Assembly: GCA_965230905.1 (NCBI GenBank)
Contig: OZ246396.1
Coordinates: 330,001-362,000, forward strand
From: Candidatus Saccharimonadota bacterium
GTDB lineage: Bacteria > Patescibacteriota > Gracilibacteria > UBA1369 > 2-02-FULL-48-14
Length of the DNA stretch: 32,000 nucleotides
Direction: 5' to 3'
The notes under the pieces are model-generated. The model made no database searches. It was given only the letters and a program-made list of their open reading frames with translations, and was not told the origin of the DNA. How positions within the stretch are numbered: the stretch's first letter is position 1; each line of letters opens with the position of its first letter. This document shows, one piece after another, positions 24,425-31,718 of this stretch. A program made the position numbers and the translations under genes.

Positions 24425-25843
24425 ATGAAAAAAATCTACCTCCTTGGTGTAAGTTGTTTGATTGTACTAGCCTTTCTAGGCATTTATTTTCGAGACGATT
24501 TAGCAGTCCTTCAGGGGCGTTTTTCAGGAGTGCCTAGCCCTACTGAGACCAAGCCACTTGAGACCATTCAAAAGTTAAATAGTGTAAAACTTAGCATGTC
24601 TACCGTGGATTTTACTGCAAGTGATGGCTCCGTACGTTCCGCAGTGCGAATCACCGGCCCAGCGGGTGACACTTTTGGCACTAAAATTGCGAATGCCGGA
24701 GATGTGAATGGCGATGGGTACGAAGACATGCTCGTTGCTGCCCCTTACAACGATCTCTTCGCTTCGGATGCCGGCTTAGTCTATTTGATCTTTGGCCCGT
24801 TCGACGGCTCCACGGTGAAATCGGTGCAGTTTTCTATCAATGAATCTGAGTATAATTTAGGAACGAGGGTGAGCGCGGCGGGTGATCTGAATGGTGACGG
24901 ATATGACGATATTTTTATTTCGGGTGGAGAAGATCTATACCTCATTTATGGTCAAAAGAATCCTGTTTCGCTTCTGGTGAGTGACTTAAAGGTTGCCAAC
25001 TTTAAGCAAGCTCTTGGTGCTGGAAATACAGGTGCAGAGGCAAGTCCGTTGGGTGACATCGATGGAGATGGTTATGAGGATGCGTTGATTTTTAGCAAAG
25101 GGAGGGATGGATTTTATCTACTGAGGGGCGACGCTACGGCCATGAAAGGTAAGATTAAAGAAGACAACAAGCAGCTCACTCTTTATGAGTGGGGTGACAG
25201 TGTGAGGCCGGGTGCATTAGTGGCTGAAAATGACATCAACGGGGATGGCGAATTTGATCTAGTCATAGGTTCTACGAAAGAAAATAGCATTTTCACCTAC
25301 CTGGGCTATTCAGAAGATTTTGCCAGTGGAGCTTGGGCAGGAGTTGATGAGGTGGAGTTTATAAATGCAGACGTGCTTGGCCCCACTGTGGACGCCTCAG
25401 GCGACTTCAATGGTGACGGCTTGAACGACATTGTCACGGGGGATTCTAAAAGGAGCAATTCGGTGGGAATGGTTCTATTGGTGCCTGGGACTGAGACCGG
25501 TTCGTTTGATAGTGATAGTTACAATTTGAGCGGGGCTCAAGACTTGGGTCTATTGGGAGGTAGCGTTCGTTTTGTGGGTGACATGAATGGAGACGGGTAT
25601 CCGGAAATAGCCGCTGGTGCTACAGGTGAGTTGGACGATGCTGGGAATGTGTATTTCATTTACGGCGGGGCAGATTTTGATTTTAGTGGTGACCTGGAAG
25701 ACCGCTACGATTTACGAATTTCCGGCGAAAATGCCGATGATTATTTTGGAGACATCATAGAGTATTTCCCCGGTAATAATTCTTTCGCGATCAGTGCGAA
25801 GGGTTATGCGGACGGGGCGGTGTATGTTTTCATACAGGAATAG
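24425..25843 (+). CDS. FG-GAP (integrin-alpha-like) beta-propeller repeat protein with an N-terminal membrane anchor or signal
   Basis: N-terminal hydrophobic segment IYLLGVSCLIVLAFLGIYF. Six clear Ca-binding-type repeats D-x-[ND]-G-D-G-x-x-[DE]: DVNGDGYED, DLNGDGYDD, DIDGDGYED, DINGDGEFD, DFNGDGLND, DMNGDGYPE. Confidence 0.85.
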   Translation: MKKIYLLGVSCLIVLAFLGIYFRDDLAVLQGRFSGVPSPTETKPLETIQKLNSVKLSMSTVDFTASDGSVRSAVRITGPAGDTFGTKIANAGDVNGDGYEDMLVAAPYNDLFASDAGLVYLIFGPFDGSTVKSVQFSINESEYNLGTRVSAAGDLNGDGYDDIFISGGEDLYLIYGQKNPVSLLVSDLKVANFKQALGAGNTGAEASPLGDIDGDGYEDALIFSKGRDGFYLLRGDATAMKGKIKEDNKQLTLYEWGDSVRPGALVAENDINGDGEFDLVIGSTKENSIFTYLGYSEDFASGAWAGVDEVEFINADVLGPTVDASGDFNGDGLNDIVTGDSKRSNSVGMVLLVPGTETGSFDSDSYNLSGAQDLGLLGGSVRFVGDMNGDGYPEIAAGATGELDDAGNVYFIYGGADFDFSGDLEDRYDLRISGENADDYFGDIIEYFPGNNSFAISAKGYADGAVYVFIQE

Positions 25844-25977
25844 TGCATGAGAAGTTTCATCACTACAGGAATGTTCCCGTTTGTAGCAAGGAGTTCTGGA
25901 GCCAATGGTTGAGGGAGTTCAAATGGTGCGAACTCATCAAGAGGTGAGTTTTCTGTTTCAAACATAGTTCTGAAAAA

Positions 25978-25989
25978 ATTCCCGGGAAT
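25978..25989. repeat. 12-bp palindrome ATTCCCGGGAAT
   Basis: Read directly, 12 nt upstream of a consensus TATAAT at 26002-26007. Confidence 0.75.
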
Positions 25990-26028
25990 AATATAGGAGA
26001 ATATAATGGTGTTAATGTCGAGTTAAAT

Positions 26029-26046
26029 GGTGAGTACACGCTCACC
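26029..26046. repeat. Inverted repeat GGTGAGTACACGCTCACC, a 15/18 match to the recA-promoter palindrome
   Basis: Arms GGTGAG/CTCACC are perfect. Positions 1-7, 9, 11 and 13-18 are identical to 17137-17154. TTTTGT follows on the plus strand. An extra GGTGAGT half-site is at 25943-25949. Confidence 0.75.
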
Positions 26047-26121
26047 TTTTGTGGTATTGTCAGATCAATCACTGCCATGTGGACTCCATCAAGCGAACCC
26101 GAAGGGTTTGCTACCAAAAAC

Positions 26122-26136
26122 GTGACCAACGGTCAC
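26122..26136. repeat. Inverted repeat GTGACC-AAC-GGTCAC
   Basis: Read directly. It ends 21 nt upstream of ATG 26158 of the HNH gene. Confidence 0.75.
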
Positions 26137-26157
26137 GCCCACTATAACCACATTTTT

Positions 26158-27150
26158 ATGGAAATTCAGGAGTTGTCAGATAAGGATCTATACGCGCGCT
26201 GCCAGGAATATGGAACGGCGGCGCGCGTGTGGCGGCGGCGCTTTGCCGGGCTTTTGCCGGAAGTGGCGCGGCGCGAGCTGCACCGACGGCGCGGACATGC
26301 CTCCATTTATGAATTCGCTTTTAAATTGGCGGGCATGAGCACGGCGAGTGTGGATAAAGTTTTACATTTGGCTGAGCGCCTGGAAAACAAGCCAGCTTTG
26401 TTGGCTCAGCTGGAGAGCGGCTCGCAGGGCTGGTCTAAAATAGAAAAAGTGGCTTTTATTGCGACGCCAGAAACTGATAAAGACTGGGCGGAGAAAGTGG
26501 AGAAGATGGGAACTTATGCCTTGGAGGCTTTTGTGCAGATTCAGCGCGGGACAAAAGGCCACAATGTTGCAGAATTCACTCATGTGAGTGAACAAAACCA
26601 CAAATTTCATTCCGAACAATGGGGCTCGATGTCCTTTCCGGTCTCTCCAGAAATCGAAAAGCGGCTGCGGCTCATGAAGTATCAACTGGAAAAAGAAAAG
26701 GGCATAACGCTGACTTATAATGAAGTCCTGCAGCTATTAATGGAGGGCGGGGGCGGCAAAGAAGCTCAGGTCACTATTCAAGTTTGTCCCGAATGCGCCG
26801 CGCGGAAAGCGGCTGAGGTGCAAGGCCGGGCCATCCCGGCGATCGTAATGCGGGTGCTTCAGGCAAAGTACCGCGGCTACTGCGGCTTTCCTTGCTGTGC
26901 GCGGCCCGCCACTTCGCTGCACCACACCAAGCGCTTTTCGCTAGAAAAAGGCCACGACCCCGCCTTTATTGTTCCGCTATGTAAAATCCATGAACGGCTG
27001 GTGCACAGTGGCCACGTGGAAAATGAGGAAGACCCACCAGAAAAATGGCGTGTGCTACAGAAGCCAGACCCAAGTCATCCTAAATTTGCGATCGATCAAA
27101 AGGTGCAATCCTACCGAACTGAGGCTATAATTCAATCTATCCCCACATGA
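26158..27150 (+). CDS. HNH endonuclease domain protein
   Basis: Start taken at ATG 26158 (MEIQELSDKDLYARC...). C-terminal HNH/zinc module: CPEC...CGFPCCARPATSLHHTKRFSLEKGHDPAFIVPLCKIHERLVH. The helical N-terminal domain is of the type seen in DUF222-like HNH proteins. Confidence 0.8.
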   Translation: MEIQELSDKDLYARCQEYGTAARVWRRRFAGLLPEVARRELHRRRGHASIYEFAFKLAGMSTASVDKVLHLAERLENKPALLAQLESGSQGWSKIEKVAFIATPETDKDWAEKVEKMGTYALEAFVQIQRGTKGHNVAEFTHVSEQNHKFHSEQWGSMSFPVSPEIEKRLRLMKYQLEKEKGITLTYNEVLQLLMEGGGGKEAQVTIQVCPECAARKAAEVQGRAIPAIVMRVLQAKYRGYCGFPCCARPATSLHHTKRFSLEKGHDPAFIVPLCKIHERLVHSGHVENEEDPPEKWRVLQKPDPSHPKFAIDQKVQSYRTEAIIQSIPT

Positions 27151-28274
27151 TCAACACCACCCTACAACTCGCGGAAAATGAAGCTAAGATGCTATGCCCT
27201 TGTGCGGTACTCAGTAAAAATAGCCGTGGCCGAAAAACAGCGGAACCCATGGACCCGCAACGGCTTCCTTTTCAAAAGGATCGGGATCGCATTATTCATT
27301 CTCGCGCGTTCCGGCGTCTTAAGGAAAAAACTCAGGTTTTTGTGCCGCATTATGGCGACCATTACCGCAACCGGCTCAGCCACAGCTTGGAGGTGTCGCA
27401 GGTGTCGCGGGATTTGGCGCGCACGCTGGGGCTCAACGAAGACTTGGCGGAATCCATTGCGCTGGCGCATGACCTGGGCCACACGCCCTTTGGCCATTCG
27501 GGCGAGCACGCGCTGCACGAGTGCATGCAGGAGTACGGCCTTTCCTTTGAGCACAATGACCAAAGCCGGCGAATCGTGGAAGAGCTTGAAGAAGTGTATC
27601 CGAACTTCCGGGGGCTCAACCTCAGCATTGAAGTGATTGAGGGCCTGATGAAGCATCAAAGCTCTTGGGATAATCCGACTGGAGCTGAGTCCATTCGCCC
27701 TTCGCTGGAAGCGCAAGTGGTGAACTTGGCCGATGAAATTGCCTACCAAAATCACGATGTGGACGATGGCCTGCGGAGTGGACTTTTTACCGAGGCCGAT
27801 CTGGAGACTTTGGAGCTGTGGCAGTGGGCCAAAGAAGCGTCTGATAAAGCCGACGGGGTGATTGAGGATGAAAAAATTCGCATTTCACGCACTGTCAGCA
27901 AAATGATCAGCCTTATGATTTGGGACATTGCGGAGGAGGCAAGCCGGCTCATACAATTGCACGGTATTCAAAATATAAATGACGTGTACGCGTGTAAGGA
28001 AAAACTGGTGAATTTTTCAGCACCCATGGAGGTGGCCAATAAAGCGCTTAAAGATTTTCTGACCACGCGGCTGTATTTTCATCCACAGGTGGTGGAACAC
28101 TCGGAGCATGGGAAGCGCGTCATTAAAAAACTCTTCAACTACTATATGAAAGAGTGGCAGGCGGCGCATCCGGGCGGCTCGGCTCAGGAAGGCGCGAGTG
28201 AAATCAGGGATTACCTTGCGGGGATGACGGACCGCTTTGCGGAGATTCAAGTCCAGGAACTCGAGGAATCTTAG
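27147..28274 (+). CDS. dgt: dGTP triphosphohydrolase-like HD-domain protein
   Basis: FQKDRDRIIHSRAFRRLKEKTQVF, HYRNRLSHSLEVSQV, LAHDLGHTPFGHSGE, DEIAYQNHDVDDG, and C-terminal DYLAGMTDRFA. Its ATG overlaps the HNH stop (ATGA). Confidence 0.9.
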   Translation: MINTTLQLAENEAKMLCPCAVLSKNSRGRKTAEPMDPQRLPFQKDRDRIIHSRAFRRLKEKTQVFVPHYGDHYRNRLSHSLEVSQVSRDLARTLGLNEDLAESIALAHDLGHTPFGHSGEHALHECMQEYGLSFEHNDQSRRIVEELEEVYPNFRGLNLSIEVIEGLMKHQSSWDNPTGAESIRPSLEAQVVNLADEIAYQNHDVDDGLRSGLFTEADLETLELWQWAKEASDKADGVIEDEKIRISRTVSKMISLMIWDIAEEASRLIQLHGIQNINDVYACKEKLVNFSAPMEVANKALKDFLTTRLYFHPQVVEHSEHGKRVIKKLFNYYMKEWQAAHPGGSAQEGASEIRDYLAGMTDRFAEIQVQELEES

Positions 28275-29451
28275 GTAGGTCGGAGGCGGGTGTGGGCACG
28301 GGGGACGGAGCGGGGGCGGCGATCTGTTTTTCTTTCAGCATTTCCATGAGCACTTTTTGTTTCACCAGGGTGCGGAGGCTGGTGTCGGTCATGGTCTTGT
28401 CTTCGGACTGGAAGAGCGAGGTGAAGGAACTTTCCAGGTCGGTGAGCTTTTGGTTGTCCATGGCTTTGGCCTGGAAGAGCTGCACCACTTTGTTGTCGGG
28501 GTCGCGGAGGAGGAGGCGTTGGCAGATGTCGATCACGTCTTTGTGGCGGCCTTCTTTTGTCCACATCCCCAGGAGTTGAAGCACGGTGTCGACATCCTTT
28601 TTAGCCATGGAGCTGTTCTGCCCGGTGGAGGCGAATACAATGGCACCGGCCTTATGCGCCAGCAGATACAACAAGTACATAAAGCCCAAGCCCACAATGG
28701 CGATCACGGGGAAGAATTGGTTGAATTCCAGCAGTGAATTGAAGGCCGCGTGGATTGCCATGGCGATGAAGAGCCCCTTCATGAGCATGAGTTGTGAGTA
28801 GGCCTTGGCTTCGTCGGTTCCCAAAATCTTAGACATCATGCGCACGCCAAAGGAGCGTTCGCCCATCCATAGGCTCGCTTCCATAATGGGGTGGGCGAAT
28901 TTGGAAATTCCATAAAAGTATCCGTAAATTCCGGAGAACACCATGTGTGCGCACACCGTGAACAGGGAGCGGAAAATCATAACCGGCAGAAGGCCGATCA
29001 CTCCGCCTTGTTGCCACGCGTCGCGGAAGTAGAAAATGTTTTCGGTGAAGGCGAAGCCGAGCCCCGCTAGAATAGAATATTTTACGGCGTCGTTGATGGT
29101 TTGAATCCCGATGCGGGTTTTGCCAATAAAACGCACCACTCCGCTCTTGGCGAGCTCTTCCAAAATTCCCACCACAACCAGGGAGGCAATGGCCGCGATG
29201 TGCACTTCGGTGATATTGGAGTCGATGGCGTTGTACACGTTGAGCTGCGGAAATTTCACCCACAAATAATCGTAAATCAAAATCAGCGGCAGCACGGTGA
29301 GGGTGCCTAAAAAGAAGGCGAGCAGCAAAGGCCAGCGAGAGGTTTTGCGCCCTTTGAATAAAACCACCGACCAAATCACAGCCGGCGTTGCAGCAAGAAG
29401 GACCATGGCCCCCAGCTGAATCCAGTCGTCTTGTGTAAAGCCTTCGAACAT
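28204..29451 (-). CDS. prsW: PrsW-family intramembrane protease with a cytoplasmic C-terminal extension
   Basis: Start taken at ATG 29451 (MFEGFTQDDW...). PrsW motifs EELAK, FAFTENIFY and HAAFN (HxxxN) within a polytopic core. Pro-rich C-terminal tail. Confidence 0.8.
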   Translation of the reverse strand: MFEGFTQDDWIQLGAMVLLAATPAVIWSVVLFKGRKTSRWPLLLAFFLGTLTVLPLILIYDYLWVKFPQLNVYNAIDSNITEVHIAAIASLVVVGILEELAKSGVVRFIGKTRIGIQTINDAVKYSILAGLGFAFTENIFYFRDAWQQGGVIGLLPVMIFRSLFTVCAHMVFSGIYGYFYGISKFAHPIMEASLWMGERSFGVRMMSKILGTDEAKAYSQLMLMKGLFIAMAIHAAFNSLLEFNQFFPVIAIVGLGFMYLLYLLAHKAGAIVFASTGQNSSMAKKDVDTVLQLLGMWTKEGRHKDVIDICQRLLLRDPDNKVVQLFQAKAMDNQKLTDLESSFTSLFQSEDKTMTDTSLRTLVKQKVLMEMLKEKQIAAPAPSPVPTPASDLPKIPRVPGLESPQSGPSSPQGNP

Positions 29452-29457
29452 GTCACT

Positions 29458-29487
29458 ATTTAACCCGATGATTTGCCCTAAATGCAA
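29458..29487 (-). promoter_or_regulatory. Candidate prsW promoter TTGCAT-N18-TTAAAT, 6 nt from the ATG
   Basis: On the minus strand the -35 is at 29487-29482 and the -10 at 29463-29458, followed by AGTGAC and ATG 29451. The promoter lies within the first codons of nrdR. Confidence 0.35.
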
Positions 29488-29917
29488 ACACAAAGCCACT
29501 TCTGTAGTGGACTCTCGAGAAGCCAACGAAGGCCGGTCTATTCGCCGCCGTCGTGAATGTGAGGAGTGCAACTACCGTTTCACCACCTTTGAAAAAGTGG
29601 AAACCGCCAATTTCATTGTGGTAAAAAAAGACGGCTCGCGGGAAAGTTACGACCGCAGCAAAGTGGAACATGGAATTTGGCGCGCGTGTGAGAAGCGCCC
29701 CGTGACGCAGGAACAAATCAGCGCCATGATCGACCGCCTGGAGGAAGTGTGGAGCACCAGCGGCAAGGAAATTCCCGGCGACACCATTGGCCGCGATGTG
29801 ATGCACGCGCTAAAAGTCATCGACGAGGTTTCGTATATTCGATTCGCCAGCGTGTACCGACAGTTTAAGGACGTGGAGGAGTTCAAACAGGAGCTGAACC
29901 GGCTTTTAGGGCGCTAG
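29468..29917 (+). CDS. nrdR: Transcriptional repressor NrdR
   Basis: The canonical N-terminus MICPKCKHKATSVVDSR begins at ATG 29468 (the track ATG 29450 adds 6 residues). Zn ribbon CPKC...CEEC followed by an ATP-cone. Confidence 0.9.
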   Translation: MICPKCKHKATSVVDSREANEGRSIRRRRECEECNYRFTTFEKVETANFIVVKKDGSRESYDRSKVEHGIWRACEKRPVTQEQISAMIDRLEEVWSTSGKEIPGDTIGRDVMHALKVIDEVSYIRFASVYRQFKDVEEFKQELNRLLGR

Positions 29918-30752
29918 TACGGATTTTTAGGAGGGCCCTATCTCTGATTTGACGTGTCCTCTCTTTACTCAAACTGAGCTCTTTTCCTATTTCTAATAGA
30001 GAATGAGTTTTTGGATAGTCAATTCCATAATACATTTTTAGTATTTGCACTTCTCTTTTATCTAGACCGGAGCTGCGAGTTAAATACCTTTGATGAATCA
30101 GCTCATTAGGATCCTCTTCCTCTTCAATCAGTCTTGCGAGGGCGTCCCCTGCTTCAGTATCTTGCACCTGTCCCTCCAGCTGCTTGCCCGAGTCGTGATC
30201 AAGCTGTGGACTCAACGATGCCAGCGGCGCATTGAGCATGTGGAGGCCTTCTATTTTTTCAATTGAGGTCTCAAGGAAACTTGCTATTTCTGTACTGCTC
30301 AATTCTTGACCCGAACTTTTCGAAGCTTCAGCATTCAGGTTACGTACTTTTCTAAGCAAACTTCTATCCCGACCAGACGTCTTGAGTAGGCGTATATTTT
30401 TAGCGATGTAGTCCAGGATCATCTGGTCGATCCACCATTTGGCGTAGCTTGAAAATTTAATCCCACGGGTGGGGTCAAACTTTTCTGCCGCCTTTATCAA
30501 TCCGAGCACCCCTTCTTGAATGAGGTCTTCCTTGAACTCTAAAGTATAGTGGTAGCTGTTTACACGTTTATAAACCATACGCAGATGATCTTTGACCAAG
30601 GCCTGTTGATTCAATTCACTAGCTGCTTTCATTTTTCCTTTCACTTCTTTCCTAAAGTCGTCGACCTCAGTGCTGATTCTTTCGGGAGACTTTAAAGACA
30701 GCGCTGGCTTCGCATTAAGCAAATCTGGAGGTTTATTTGTCGTTTCGGTCAT
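29883..30752 (-). CDS. Sigma-70 family sigma factor, divergent (possibly RpoH-like)
   Basis: Region 2 is [33 protein letters not shown]. Region 4.2 HTH is [26 protein letters not shown]. It lacks the RTIRIP-type motif and has [18 protein letters not shown] where RpoH carries its RpoH box (weak similarity). Confidence 0.8.
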   Translation of the reverse strand: MTETTNKPPDLLNAKPALSLKSPERISTEVDDFRKEVKGKMKAASELNQQALVKDHLRMVYKRVNSYHYTLEFKEDLIQEGVLGLIKAAEKFDPTRGIKFSSYAKWWIDQMILDYIAKNIRLLKTSGRDRSLLRKVRNLNAEASKSSGQELSSTEIASFLETSIEKIEGLHMLNAPLASLSPQLDHDSGKQLEGQVQDTEAGDALARLIEEEEDPNELIHQRYLTRSSGLDKREVQILKMYYGIDYPKTHSLLEIGKELSLSKERTRQIRDRALLKIRTSALKAGSAPV

Positions 30753-31615
30753 GAATTATTTAATGGATTGAGTTTATTGCGCTTCTGGATTCTTTTAATT
30801 GCTTTGAGCTCTATTTGACGAATCCTTTCGCGCGTGAGGCCAATTTCTTTACCTATTGCTTCCAAACCCATCCCATCGGTTCCTTCGAGTCCGTACCTCA
30901 ATTCAATTACTCTTCTTTCTCTAGGATTGAGTAGATGAAGGTATCCATTAATTTGTGCAAGTTCATCCGCTTTAAGTAGAGGTGCTTCCGTATCTGCACT
31001 GGTATCTGGAATAAATTCTCCAACGGTGGCTGCATTGTCTTCACTCGCTGGTGCGTCCAAAGAGCTAGGATCTTTGGCAACGTTGAGAAGCTTCTGTAGT
31101 TCATATGGATCTATATCCATTATTGCTGCTATTTCATCAATGGTCGGTTCTCGCCCATGTTGCTGGGAAAATTCCTTTGAGAATTTTCGGAAATGATTCA
31201 AATCCTCTAGTTTATAGATTGGAATATGTATGGTGCGCCCATTGCTTTCTACGGCTCTGATGATCGCTTGTTGAATCCACCAAGTGGCATAAGTTGAAAA
31301 CTTGAATCCTCGCGAGTGGTCAAACTTATCAACGCCCTTCATAAGACCGATGTTTCCCTCCTGGATCAGGTCTTCTAAGCGAACGCCTCGGTAGAGGTAC
31401 TTTTTGGCTATGCTCACCACTAAGCGGAGGTTTGCCTTGACCATATAATCACGGGCCAGGATTGCATCGGGGCCTCCATCATCTATACGTTTAGCCACTT
31501 CATATTCATCGGCACGGCTCAATAAAGGAGTCTTCTCTATCTCTTTGAAATATTTGCTGAGGAGAAGAGGCTCGTTAGCCCGCTCTTCCGGATGACAGTT
31601 AGTGCTTTTTTCCAC
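30749..31615 (-). CDS. Sigma-70 family sigma factor, RpoD/group 1-2-like, lacking region 1.1
   Basis: GTG start at 31615; there is no in-frame ATG before region 2. Region 1.2 is [12 protein letters not shown]. Region 2 is [13 protein letters not shown]...[45 protein letters not shown] is present. Region 4.2 is [26 protein letters not shown]. Confidence 0.85.
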   Translation of the reverse strand: MEKSTNCHPEERANEPLLLSKYFKEIEKTPLLSRADEYEVAKRIDDGGPDAILARDYMVKANLRLVVSIAKKYLYRGVRLEDLIQEGNIGLMKGVDKFDHSRGFKFSTYATWWIQQAIIRAVESNGRTIHIPIYKLEDLNHFRKFSKEFSQQHGREPTIDEIAAIMDIDPYELQKLLNVAKDPSSLDAPASEDNAATVGEFIPDTSADTEAPLLKADELAQINGYLHLLNPRERRVIELRYGLEGTDGMGLEAIGKEIGLTRERIRQIELKAIKRIQKRNKLNPLNNS

Positions 31616-31664
31616 CGTTTGCTTTTGTTGTATAGTACACCTTTTTATCTTAAATTACCTGGGA

Positions 31665-31693
31665 TTGCAAGTTCTCGCTTTTTCTGCTATAAT
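31665..31693 (+). promoter_or_regulatory. Promoter TTGCAA-N17-TATAAT for the ORF starting at 31719
   Basis: The -35 is at 31665-31670, the spacer is 17 nt, and a consensus -10 is at 31688-31693, 25 nt upstream of ATG 31719. TTGCAA is its own reverse complement. It could also serve the divergent sigma operon (minus strand TTGCAA-N17-TAAAAA, 31647-31642). Confidence 0.5.
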
Positions 31694-31718
31694 TTTCTGA
31701 ATACAAAAACAAAAGCCC

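Noticed and set aside
25942-26036. AGGTGAGT / GGTGAGT occurrences resembling a eukaryotic 5' splice-site consensus, or a group II intron boundary.
   Set aside because: This is a bacterial context with no intron-encoded RT or maturase and no GUGYG...AY intron ends. The motif is better explained as half-sites of the GGTGAG-N6-CTCACC inverted repeat.
25863-26129. An 88-aa minus-strand ORF covering the FG-GAP/HNH spacer.
   Set aside because: It has a TTG start, no motif and an S/L/P-rich translation. It spans four palindromes that make better sense as non-coding elements. It cannot be fully excluded.
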